64,000 nt of DNA, taken from Balanoglossus misakiensis (taxonomy: Eukaryota; Animalia; Hemichordata). The notes under the pieces were generated by a model. The model was not told the DNA's origin. It did not search any database and saw only the letters and a list, made by a program, of their open reading frames with translations. Made by a program: the position numbers and the translations under genes. Of the stretch, positions 34,977-49,627 are shown one piece after another; position 1 is the first letter of the stretch; every line of letters starts with the position of its first letter. The DNA is taken from positions 4,395,025 to 4,459,024 of the forward strand of contig CM082596.2 in assembly GCA_040954595.2 (NCBI GenBank). The letters run 5' to 3'.

Positions 34977-36337
34977 ATGGATCGAGAACCAGGACATTTG
35001 CCGATAGACGTGAAAAAAGTGGTAGACTCGCTGGTATGGGTGAAGATCGTGGCACTAGGTAGCATCGGGGTTGGCAAAACGTGTCTGATTAAACATTTCT
35101 GTGAGAGTAAGGTGAGTAATTTCTCTCCTGACAGTCTGCAGTGGATGCATGCATATGCACGCGCACATGCACTTTCCCACAATACATGATTGATGTCTAT
35201 GTATGATGTAGTTATGTACAATGCAGTACATCATATATGCATCCATGGTTACTATACATGTACATACATATTTACATATTTAATTTACATACATTTAATT
35301 AACATATGTGTCTGAAATGCATCATATATGTTCTGTTCATCACGTCTTTCAATAGAATCTAGTGATAATTGTACTAATAAATTACTCTTCCATTTGTTTT
35401 TTTATTAGTTTACATCAGCATATCAAGCTACAGTTGGTGTGGATTACGGCTTTAAAATTCAAAATGTTTTGGGAACAGATTGTAAGTATACTACCCCTTG
35501 TTTAATTTAAAACCTATGGGCTAGCCATGACGCACACACCACCACTACGTATCTCAACATGCATTATGATCATGAATGCTGTCTTTGTTTTCCTCCAGTA
35601 AGAGTACATTTGTGGGATTTGTCGGGTCACCAAGACTACACTGACGTCAGGGCCGAACTCTACTTAGAAACACAGGCTTGTTTCTTGGTCTACGACGTGA
35701 CCAACCCGTCGTCTTTTGAACAGCTGGACAATTGGTTGAAAGAACTGATCAAATGTGGTGCGAGTAATTCGTACCTGGTGGTGGTGGCTAACAAGGTAAT
35801 GGGCGTAGGGGTTTTCGGGCTTATTTGCTACGTGAATCGGTGGGGTATAGGTATGGGTTTCGAATCTTGTACAATACAACTTCAATATACAAATGTACAA
35901 GATATGACAAGGTGCTCACAACTGGCCTTGGGTTAGCCTAGAACTGACTCAGTCACTTCTGATCAGTTCTGTACGTTGTTTCACCATGCCATCCACCTAC
36001 ATGTACACCGTTTCTCACTCTTACTTGTCAGACTGACTTGGCAGCCAAGCGGGTGATCACTCCAGATGATGGCAAGAAGTGGGCAGCTGCTCATAAATTG
36101 AAGTAAGGACACTACACTATAACATTTTGACAAAAATGCCATCATACCATTGTTTCTGAACTTCACTTACACTTACAGTTATGAAGAGTATAATCAAGAA
36201 AACGAAGATTTTTTTTTCTTGATTTCAGGTATTATGAAACTTCTGCTCAAAGTGGGGAAGGCGTTCAAAAAATGTTCACTGACCTTCTTACAGCCGTGGT
36301 GTCAAGGAAACCGCTGCAATACCATGGTAACCCATAA
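34977..36337 (+). CDS. RJL-family Rab-like small GTPase (DNAJC27/RBJ-like G domain without a J domain); 5 exons
   Basis: Exons 34977-35111, 35409-35481, 35599-35795, 36032-36102 and 36229-36337. G1 GSIGVGKT followed by CLIKHFCESKF, G2 TVGVDYG, G3 WDLSGH (no catalytic Gln), G4 NKTD, G5 ETSA. It ends LQYHGNP* with no prenylation cysteines. Confidence 0.88.
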
Positions 36338-37654
36338 AGATTAGATGTGGCCTAACACTCCAATTCTTGGCTTGCTAACATTGTCTTGTGTTCCCGACCG
36401 GGAGTGTGAACTGTCTCAGTTTCTCTGTGTTGGTTGGTTTGTTTGTTTGTTACCGGGGCAAAAGGTTTAAGTATTCTTTCTGTCTGGTGTGCCTTAACTC
36501 TAACAGGAGAAATGTTCTTCCAAGTTTTCGTTTTATATTTTTTTGAAAACATTAACCTGCTGTTGTTAGTGTCAATCATTCTCTGTAATGTGTGTTTTAT
36601 ATATAACTGTGGGTGAATTGTATTATTGTTGGTTTAAAGCATGGGTTAATGGTTCAACAACTGAGTGTACATGCACATAACAGATTTTCACTATTCATTT
36701 CAAGTTTTGTCAAGCTCTGTACTGAGTTTATGTAAATTGGCTTTAACTTTTTTTAACAACACAAAAAATTTACACTGAAATTACTTCCATATGGAAGGTC
36801 AAACCACAAGGATAATGTTTCTGATTAAATACAAATCAATCAGAAGAAAAATATATTGTAATATTTTAATATATTTTTTTTTACACCATCGTTATTACCC
36901 ATATTTATACTTGTAAGATTTTGTAGATTTAAGTATAGAACTTAGCAAAAAGAAAATAAATTATGTATTTGAATGTGTAATGGTCACTTCAGTAATTGTG
37001 GTACGTATTACATGTATTTTCAACTATAAGGAATACCACTGTTAACGGTGTTAATGGGCTACAGTACGATGTCCTCCACATCACTGTATACAGCCATTTC
37101 CTAACATAACTGTACAAGTCCAGTACAGCAGCCCTGTATAACAGTGTGCTGTCTTTACTGACACAGACCTGTCCCACAGGGTTTTATTGGGGCCTGCAGA
37201 GGGCCAAATTGTTCGGCTGTGTATATATTTCATCAATATAAATGACACAAATATCCGGCACCTGTGTAATTTATACATTATACACACATGGGCTTTACAC
37301 ACACCATCTTTACCGAACTCGGCATGCACCTGTAACCATGGCATTTAATTAGTTTGAAAAAATGTTCAACATTACAATTTGGAATGTCATGGCGACCAAT
37401 TTGCGATGCTACCATATGGTAGCAGACAGCTCATTTCTCTGTCAGCATTGAATTCACAGTAAAGTTTTGAATATCTTGCCACCATGTTACAACAATCAGT
37501 CACTACACACAAAATTAAACATTTTCGAATGTTTTTTTCTCAGAAAAAAAACAGCATTTGTAGGAAGTCTTAAGAACAGAAAAAAGAAGTACTTTACATC
37601 TGTACACAACTTTAAAAAAATAAGAACCTTTCCAAATACAAAGAAAAAGTAAAG

Positions 37655-37742
37655 TTACCGTTTCACCACTATGGTCCAGTCCAAATCCAGTGTTTTCTAT
37701 GGTAAAGTGGGACCTCTAAAGAGGAAACTGGGGGTCTAGGGG

Positions 37743-37746
<4 letters not shown>
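37655..37746. mobile_element. Full-length reverse-oriented copy of the 85-bp piggyBac-like element abutting the FAM133 stop codon
   Basis: The reverse complement reads TTAACCCCTAGACCCCCAGTTTCCTCTTTAGAGGTCCCACTTTACCATAGAAAACACTGGATTTGGACTGGACCATAGTGGTGAAACGGTAA, colinear with 26278-26370. Confidence 0.8.
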
Positions 37747-40037
<2,291 letters not shown>

Positions 40038-40148
40038 GGTCTTATGCTGTCGCACTGCCCTTCTTCGCTTATAATTAGTGGCCTACTCGCGAAACTATTT
40101 TAAGAGACAAGAAGAGACTGTCGAGTCACATCACTGCATTGAACCCAC

Positions 40149-40253
40149 ACAAAACGCACAGAGATAAACTTCCGGTAATATCAAGCCAGCTTCAGATTCA
40201 GTACAAAACGCACAGAGATAAACTTCCGGTAATATCAAGCCAGCTTCAGATTC
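40149..40253. repeat. Exact 51-bp tandem duplication (54-bp period) in the FAM133 promoter, each copy carrying an ETS-type site
   Basis: ACAAAACGCACAGAGATAAACTTCCGGTAATATCAAGCCAGCTTCAGATTC at 40149-40199 and 40203-40253; each contains ACTTCCGG. Confidence 0.92.
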
Positions 40254-40682
40254 GGATACACGTTCGGATGCCAGTCTTGCGCCACCAATCATTAATGAGC
40301 TTTTGTGTTTTTGTTTTTTTTACTTATAAAAGTACCATTTGTAAACAATAAAGAACGAAAAGAAAGATAGTGCTTTTTTTGCCGATTGCATGAGCTGGGT
40401 TGTATAACTTGTTAATATATGCTATTTGTTGAATACACTCATAATAAAAAAATACATTTGTATATCATATTCATATAAACATAAATAAATAAACAAGGAG
40501 TCTGAAATAACATAATACATAATAAACATGGGCACTGATATTTATTGTAGGCATATGGCATTTTTGCTGACTATTGGTATTTGGTCAAATTAATTAACCT
40601 ATGATTGACCGGAGTCTGAGAAAGTATGTTCCAAGGTGCCTGGTCCCACGAACCCAGAAATCCTGTCGGATACTGTGTGTTA

Positions 40683-40797
40683 GTTACCATGGTAACAATG
40701 CACATTTTGAGCTTATAATGAACTGCAAAACAACATAGCGTTTCAGAGGGCTATCTCTCTCTGAAGCTTACTATACCTAAGCTGTCTCCTTGAAAAC
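40683..40797. promoter_or_regulatory. Two RFX X-box motifs upstream of the DUF445-like gene
   Basis: Perfect palindrome GTTACCATGGTAAC at 40683-40696 and GTCTCCTTGAAAAC at 40784-40797, within 150 bp of the candidate ATG at 40829. Confidence 0.6.
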
Positions 40798-40828
40798 ATT
40801 TTCATTGAGTTAAAGGGACAATAACAAA

Positions 40829-43800
40829 ATGGCGGAAGATCCGACATTGTATGGGAGATCGCTCGCGGCGATGTATGTATCTGTTTTCTGTGCTTGATGA
40901 TGCTGTAGACGGGTGAAAATATCAGCGTTTATACATTTCTTCGCGTGGACCTAACCATGATTAGATATAAGGTAAACTTATGGGCCTCGTCGACTCTGTG
41001 CAACTCGATCAAGGTCAACAAGACACATCATCCGATCATCCTCATCTGTCAATCACTTTCACTCCACTGACCTAGTGGTAGACTGAACTGCAACGTGGGC
41101 CGTACCATTATCTGGTGGGGAGGGCTTGTAATGATGAGACGGATATGAGTCTGAGGAGTTTCTCAGGAATTGGTCTAATTATCTTAGGGCCTGTCAATTT
41201 CTCCGGGGGGGGGGGGGGTGTCGGTGGATATGGTGCATCTGAAAAAGTCACTCTACTTACCCACCCCAAGCAAAACTGGTGGCCATCCCTATCTGGCAAA
41301 TTTCAGAGTAACCCCTCCCCCCCCTTAGCTGTATTGTTTTTGAATAAATTTGGGGGTAAATTGTCAAATGGACATGTCAACTTTTTTCAAAGTGTGAAAT
41401 TTGGCAAAAATGACCATGTTCAATGCAACACCAGAACAAATATATTAATGCTATTTACTTGATCATTTCATTACAGAGCAATGAGGAATCTCTGGCTGGT
41501 AGGAATGGGATCAATACAATCCATTACAATGGAACACTGGTCAGCCATCAGCCCTCCAAATCAAGAAAGAGAAATCGTCTATTGCAGAAAGATCTTGGCA
41601 GTCTTTTCATGACATTGCTAATACTCGTAATTGGTATCGTCGTGCTAGTGCTGTCAAACGGTGACTTCCAGAAAGTTGGCAAATACCTGTTGTCGTGTGG
41701 ATTGTTTGGTTTTGTTGCCGGGTTTACCAGCTGGTTAGCAATGAGAATGCTGTTTTCGAGATTACCAATAACATTTAGGTCTTGCAGGTAAGTTATATAA
41801 TTTCTAGATGGATAGCAGAACCACAGAAACATTTAAAATATGCATAATCTGCCTTCTTTCTGGTTTAAGATTGCAAGTTAGAAAGGGGCTTAATTATACT
41901 CCTTGGGATAATTAACATGGGATATGCAGTATCATGATCTGCAATTTGCTCCCAAACCACAACCCACAGAGGGTCCAAATGTATTGCAGTACACACATGT
42001 ATTCTGTAATTTCAAAACATTCCGTATGTTTCATTTCAGTGTTGTCCCTCAGAATGTCAACACAACAAAGGCAAGAATCAAGCAAGCAATAATGAATGGA
42101 GTCTTGGATGAAACTTTCTTAGTTCAATATGTACACAAGGTCAAGTCCAGTGGAGAGTGTTCCTCATCAGAGACCAATTCCAAATCACAAGGTATGTGTA
42201 TCTTGTATACATAAGTAAGAATTCCTTCCAAGAGAAGATACTGTTGTCATCCGAGATTTAGACATGCACCCACGTTGAAGATGAATGTTAAACCACATTT
42301 TAAAGGGTAGATGATGTTTCTTCTTTAATTCTTTTGGGACTCATGTTGTAATGTTTATTTACCTCAAAATTGAAGCATTTTTCCAATAATTTCGTTTTCT
42401 TGATTTCCCAGATGTGATGTATCATGGTTTTATTGAGCCATTAATTACGCATTCAGACCATAAAAATATACGACAGAAAACAGTGGTTCACTCATCTGTA
42501 ACAAGAGATTACTTTTTATTTTCAGAGATCTCACTGCAGCGGGAGTTGGTTCACAAGGTACTGGATGAAAAAATGGATCAGTTTGAGAAGGATAGTTCAG
42601 ACTTCGATGTAAGTGCATTGAGACCTGTTGTAGAGATGGCACTACAAGAACTCTTTGTAAACAGAAATGTTCTGTTGCAGAGAACACTGATGGCGCCATC
42701 ACAGGTGAGACTTGTCTTGATTCATGAACATTAATTACTGGCAATGCATTTGTATCCATGGAGATGTGTAGTACCCCCCCCCCCCCAAGCACCAAACAAA
42801 CACAACAGCATCAAAACAGTGGCACACTTTTAAATTCTATGTGTTGGAGGGTTGTCAACAGAGTTGACTGTGAGACTGCGGTATACACGACTGTGAGACT
42901 GCGGTATGCACGACTGTGAGACTGCGGTATACACGACTGTGAGACTGCGGTATACACGACTGTGAGACTGCGGTATACACGACTGTGAGACTGCGGTATA
43001 CACGACTGTGAGACTGCGGTATGCACGACTGTGAGACTGCGGTATACACGACTGTGAGACTGCGGTATACACGACTGTGAGACTGCGGTATACACGACTG
43101 TGAGACTGCTGTGAGACTGCGGTATACACGACTGTGAGACTGCGGTATGCACGACTGTGAGACTGCGGTATACACGACTGTGAGACTGCGGTATGCACGA
43201 CTGTGAGACTGCGGTATACACGACTGTGAGACTGCGGTATGCACGACTGTGAGACTGCGGTATACACGACTGTGAGACTGCGGTATACACGACTGTGAGA
43301 CTGCGGTATGCACGACTGTGAGACTGCGGTATACACGACTGTGAGACTGCGGTATACACGACTGTGAGACTGCGGTATACACGACTGTGAGACTGCGGTA
43401 TGCACGACTGTGAGAGTGCGGTATGCACGACTGTGAGACTGCGGTATACACGACTGTGAGACTGCGGTATGCACGACTGTGAGACTGCGGTATACACGAC
43501 TGTGAGACTGCGGTATGCACGACTGTGAGACTGCGGTATGCACGACTGTGAGACTGCGGTATACACGACTGTGAGATTGCGGTATGCACGACTGTGAGAC
43601 TGCGGTATACACGACTGAGAGACTGCGGTATACACGACTGAGAGACTGCGGTATGCACGACTGTGAGACTGCGGTATACACGACTGCGAGACTGCGGTAT
43701 ACACGACTGCGAGACTGCGGTATGCACGACTGTGAGACTGCGGTATGCACGACTGCGAGACTGCGGTATGCACGACTGTGAGACTGCGGTATGCACGACT

Positions 43801-46800
43801 GTGAGACTGCGGTATGCACGACTGTGAGACTGCGGTATACACGACTGTGAGACTGCGGTATGCACGACTGTGAGACTGCGGTATACACGACTGTGAGACT
43901 GCGGTATACACGACTGTGAGACTGCGGTATACACGACTGTGAGACTGCGGTATGCACGACTGTGAGACTGCGGTATGCACGACTGTGAGACTGCGGTATG
44001 CACGACTGTGAGACTGCGGTATGCACGACTGTGAGACTGCGGTATACACGACTGTGAGACTGCGGTATGCACGACTGTGAGACTGCGGTATACACGACTG
44101 TGAGATTGCGGTATGCACGACTGTGAGACTGCGGTATACACGACTGAGAGACTGCGGTATGCACGACTGTGAGACTGCGGTATACACGACTGCGAGACTG
44201 CGGTATGCACGACTGTGAGACTGCGGTATGCACGACTGTGAGACTGCGGTATGCACGACTGTGAGACTGCGGTATGCACGACTGTGAGACTGCGGTATGC
44301 ACGACTGTGAGACTGCGGTATACACGACTGTGAGACTGCTGTGAGACTGCGGTATACACGACTGTGAGACTGCGGTATGCACGACTGTGAGACTGCGGTA
44401 TGCACGACTGTGAGATTGCGGTATGCACGACTGTGAGACTGCGGTATACACGACTGTGAGACTGCGGTATACACGACTGTGAGACTGCGGTATGCACGAC
44501 TGTGAGACTGCGGTATGCACGACTGTGAGACTGCGGTATGCACGACTGTGAGACTGCGGTATGCACGACTGTGAGACTGCGGTATGCACGACTGTGAGAC
44601 TGCGGTATACACGACTGTGAGACTGCGGTATACACGACTGTGAGACTGCGGTATACACGACTGTGAGACTGCGGTATACACGACTGCGAGACTGCGGTAT
44701 GCACGACTGCGAGACTGCGGTATACACGACTGCGAGACTGCGGTATACACGACTGCGAGACTGCGGTATACATGACTGCGAGACTGCGGTATGCACGACT
44801 GCGAGACTGCGGTATGCACGACTGCGAGACTGCGGTATGCACGACTGCGAGACTGCGGTATACACGACTGTGAGACTGCGGTATGCACGACTGCGAGACT
44901 GCGGTATACACGACTGCGAGACTGCGGTATGCACGACTGCGAGACTGCGGTATACACGACTGCGAGACTGCGGTATGCACGACTGTGAGACTGCGGTATA
45001 CACGACTGTGAGACTGCGGTATACACGACTGTGAGACTGCGGTATACACGACTGTGAGACTGCTGTGAGACTGCGGTATACACGACTGTGAGACTGCGGT
45101 ATGCACGACTGTGAGACTGCGGTATACACGACTGTGAGACTGCGGTATGCACGACTGTGAGACTGCGGTATGCACGACTGTGAGACTGCGGTATGCACGA
45201 CTGCGAGACTGCGGTATGCACGACTGCGAGACTGCGGTATGCACGACTGCGAGACTGCGGTATGCACGACTGCGAGACTGCGGTATGCACGACTGCGAGA
45301 CTGCGGTATGCACGACTGCGAGACTGCGGTATGCACGACTGCGAGACTGCGGTATGCACGACTGCGAGACTGCGGTATGCACGACTGCGAGACTGCGGTA
45401 TGCACGACTGCGAGACTGCGGTATGCACGACTGCGAGACTGCGGTATGCACGACTGCGAGACTGCGGTATGCACGACTGCGAGACTGCGGTATGCACGAC
45501 TGCGAGACTGCGGTATTCACGACTGCGAGACTGCGGTATGCACGACTGCGAGACTGCGGTATGCACGACTGCGAGACTGCGGTATGCACGACTGCGAGAC
45601 TGCGGTATGCACGACTGCGAGACTGCGGTATGCACGACTGCGAGACTGCGGTATGCACGACTGTGAGACTGCGGTATGCACGACTGTGAGACTGCGGTAT
45701 GCACGACTGTGAGACTGCGGTATGCACGACTGCGAGACTGCGGTATGCACGACTGTGAGACTGCGGTATGCACGACTGCGAGACTGCGGTATGCACGACT
45801 GCGAGACTGCGGTATGCACGACTGCGATATGCACGACTGCGAGACTGCGGTATGCACGACTGCGAGACTGCGGTATGCACGACTGCGAGACTGCGGTATG
45901 CACGACTGCGATATGCACGACTGCGAGACTGCGGTATGCACGACTGCGAGACTGCGGTATGCACGACTGCGAGACTGCGGTATGCACGACTGCGAGACTG
46001 CGGTATGCACGACTGCGAGACTGCGGTATGCACGACTGCGAGACTGCGGTATGCACGACTGCGAGACTGCGGTATGCACGACTGCGAGACTGCGGTATGC
46101 ACGACTGCGAGACTGCGGTATGCACGACTGCGAGACTGCGGTATGCACGACTGCGAGACTGCGGTATGCACGACTGCGAGACTGCGGTATGCACGACTGC
46201 GAGACTGCGGTATGCACGACTGCGAGACTGCGGTATGCACGACTGCGAGACTGCGGTATGCACGACTGCGAGATTGCGGTATGCACGACTGTGAGACTGC
46301 GGTATGCACGACTGCGAGACTGCGGTATGCACGACTGTGAGACTGCGGTATGCACGACTGCGAGACTGCGGTATGCACGACTGTGAGACTGCAGTATGCA
46401 CGACTGTGAGACTGCGGTATACACGACTGTGAGACTGCGGTATGCACGACTGTGAGACTGCGGTATACACGACTGTGAGACTGCGGTATACACGACTGTG
46501 AGACTGCGGTATGCACGACTGTGAGACTGCGGTATACACGACTGTGAGACTGCGGTATACACGACTGTGAGACTGCGGTATGCACGACTGCGAGACTGCG
46601 GTATGCACGACTGCGAGACTGCGGTATGCACGACTGTGAGACTGCAGTATGCACGACTGCGAGACTGCGGTATGCACGACTGTGAGACTGCGGTATACAC
46701 GACTGCGAGACTGCGGTATGCACGACTGTGAGACTGCGGTATACACGACTGTGAGACTGCGGTATGCACGACTGTGAGACTGCGGTATACACGACTGTGA

Positions 46801-49627
46801 GACTGCGGTATACACGACTGTGAGACTGCGGTATACACGACTGTGAGACTGCGGTATACACGACTGTGAGACTGCGGTATACACGACTGTGAGACTGCGG
46901 TATGCACGACTTTGAGACTGCGGTATACACGACTGTGAGACTGCGGTATGCACGACTGTGAGACTGCGGTATGCACGACTGTGAGACTGCGGTATACACG
47001 ACTGTGAGACTGCGGTATGCACGACTGTGAGACTGCGGTATGCACGACTGCGAGACTGCGGTATGCACGACTGCGAGACTGCGGTATGCACGACTGCGAG
47101 AGTGCGGTATGCACGACTGCGAGACTGCGGTATGCACGACTGCGAGAGTGCGGTATGCACGACTGCGAGACTGCGGTATGCACGACTGCGAGACTGCGGT
47201 ATGCACGACTGCGAGACTGCGGTATGCACGACTGCGAGACTGCGGTATGCACGACTGCGAGACTGCGGTATGCACGACTGCGAGACTGCGGTATGCACGA
47301 CTGCGAGACTGCGGTATGCACGACTGCGAGACTGCGGTATGCACGACTGCGAGACTGCCTTATGCACGACTGTGAGACTGCGGTATGCACGACTGTGAGA
47401 CTGCGGTATGCACGACTGTGAGACTGCAGTATGCACGACTGCGAGACTGCGGTATGCACGACTGCGAGACTGCGGTATGCACGACTGCGAGACTGCGGTA
47501 TGCACGACTGCGAGACTGCGGTATGCACGACTGCAAACTGCGGTATGCACGACTGCGAGACTGCGGTATGCACGACTGCGAGACTGCGGTATGCACGACT
47601 GCGGTATGCACGACTGCGAGACTGCGGTATGCACGACTGCGAGACTGCGGTATGCACGACTGCGAGACTGCGGTATGCACGACTGCGAGACTGCGGTATG
47701 CACGACTGCGATATGCACGACTGCGAGACTGCGGTATGCACGACTGCGAGACTGCGGTATGCACGACTGCGAGACTGCGGTATGCACGACTGCGAGACTG
47801 CGGTATGCACGACTGCGAGACTGCGGTATGCACGACTGCGATATGCACGACTGCGAGACTGCGGTATGCACGACTGCGAGACTGCGGTATGCACGACTGC
47901 GAGACTGCGGTATGCACGACTGCGAGACTGCGGTATGCACGACTGCGGTATGCACGACTGCGAGACTGCGGTATGCACGACTGCGAGACTGCGGTATGCA
48001 CGACTGCGAGACTGCGGTATGCACGACTGCGAGACTGCGGTATGCACGACTGCGGTATGCACGACTGCGAGACTGCGGTATGCACGACTGCGAGACTGCG
48101 GTATGCACGACTGTGAGACTGCGGTATGCACGACTGTGAGACTGCGGTATGCACGACTGTGAGACTGCGGTATGCACGACTGTGAGACTGCGGTATGCAC
48201 GACTGTGAGACTGCGGTATGCACGACTGTGAGACTGCGGTATGCACGACTGTGAGACTGCGGTATGCACGACTGTGAGACTGCGGTATGCACGACTGTGA
48301 GACTGCGGTATACACGACTGTGAGACTGCGGTATGCACGACTGTGAGACTGCGGTATGCACGACTGTGAGACTGCGGTATGCACGACTGTGAGACTGCGG
48401 TATGCACGACTGTGAGACTGCGGTATACACGACTGTGAGACTGCGGTATGCACGACTGCGAGACTGCGGTATGCACGACTGCGAGACTGCGGTATGCACG
48501 ACTGCGAGACTGCGGTATGCACGACTGCGAGACTGCGGTATACACGACTGCGAGACTGCGGTATGCACGACTGTGAGACTGCGGTATACACGACTGCGAG
48601 ACTGCGGTATGCACGACTGTGAGACTGCGGTATACACGACTGCGAGACTGCGGTATACACGACTGCGAGACTGCGGTATGCACGACTGCGAGACTGCGGT
48701 ATACACGACTGCGAGACTGCGGTATGCACGACTGTGAGACTGCGGTATACACGACTGCGAGACTGCGGTATGCACGACTGTGAGACTGCGGTATACACGA
48801 CTGCGAGACTGCGGTATGCACGACTGTGAGACTGCGGTATGCACGACTGTGAGACTGCGGTATGCACGACTGTGAGACTGCGGTATGCACGAATACATGA
48901 ACTGCTGGCATGAAGGTTGCGATGACAATTACACAGTATAGTTTTTCTTTTACACAAAATACCTAACACAGGAGAGATTACAGTCTCTTCACACTGCGTT
49001 TAATGTCGAGTATCAAAGGACCAAATTATACGCTGTCAATAACCCCATTGATAGTCATGTCACAGCATATTAATGGAACTGAAATGAAAGAATCGAACGT
49101 CCTGCTTCTGAAATTACACTTACATTGCATTAACCGCGTGTGCATTGCATCGACAATCTGTGTCGGTTTCTATACCTTTTTCATGTTTAAGTGGCCTGTT
49201 AAAGAGTCTTTTCACAGAATTTGTTTAGCGGGCGGTTTTGTGTCATCTTCTATGATTTGCTTCTGACCCTGTCAGAATTTTGTTGCATATTTGCTTAAAC
49301 GATCTGTTATTATTCACTGTTGTTATATACCGTATATTCACGTGAGTGTTGCAGTTCTACCTGGCCCAAGTATGTGATACATGAAAAGACAATTATTTAA
49401 TGTTCTAACAATATTTTCCCCCTCAGACTGTCAATATTGCAAGACTGCGCGAAGAAATCGGGGTAATGTTGGAGGCAAAGATGGCTGCCCTTACAGAACG
49501 TCAGCTGACCGACGCCTTCCATACAGTCCTTTTTCCGGAGTTTGGATTGGTGACCGTATTCAGCTGTCTGCTGGGTTCGTCCATTGGTCTGATTTGTCAA
49601 GCTTCAGGAGTTGCTCCAAACTACTAG
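40829..49627 (+). CDS. Uncharacterised membrane protein resembling DUF445 (two N-terminal TM helices, helical soluble region, C-terminal TM helix)
   Basis: In-phase exons 41477-41787 (...LLILVIGIVVLVLS...LLSCGLFGFVAGFTSWLAMRMLFSRLP), 42040-42191 (SVVPQNVNTTKARIKQAIMNG), 42526-42704 and 49426-49627 (...EAKMAALTERQL...GLVTVFSCLLGSSIGLICQ...NY*). The first exon is uncertain: ATG 40829 is in frame only with the weaker donor at 40877. Confidence 0.7.
42866..48892. repeat. ~6.0 kb minisatellite array, 23-bp unit GACTGYGAGACTGCGGTATRCAC (about 260 units), intronic
   Basis: Direct head-to-tail repetition with sharp boundaries, lying between the donor at 42705 and the acceptor at 49425. Confidence 0.99.

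Noticed and set aside
41097-41330. G-tract/C-tract segment resembling a MITE in the first intron of the DUF445-like gene
   Set aside because: Paired termini and a target duplication could not be defined by eye.
42866-48892. CRISPR array
   Set aside because: Units are head-to-tail with no unique spacers, there are no cas genes, and the context is eukaryotic.
42811-48969. Very long ORFs (887-2018 aa on -, many 60-240 aa on +) as protein-coding genes
   Set aside because: All are translations of the 23-bp tandem repeat. The same peptide appears in every frame and the array lies inside a GT-AG intron of another gene.
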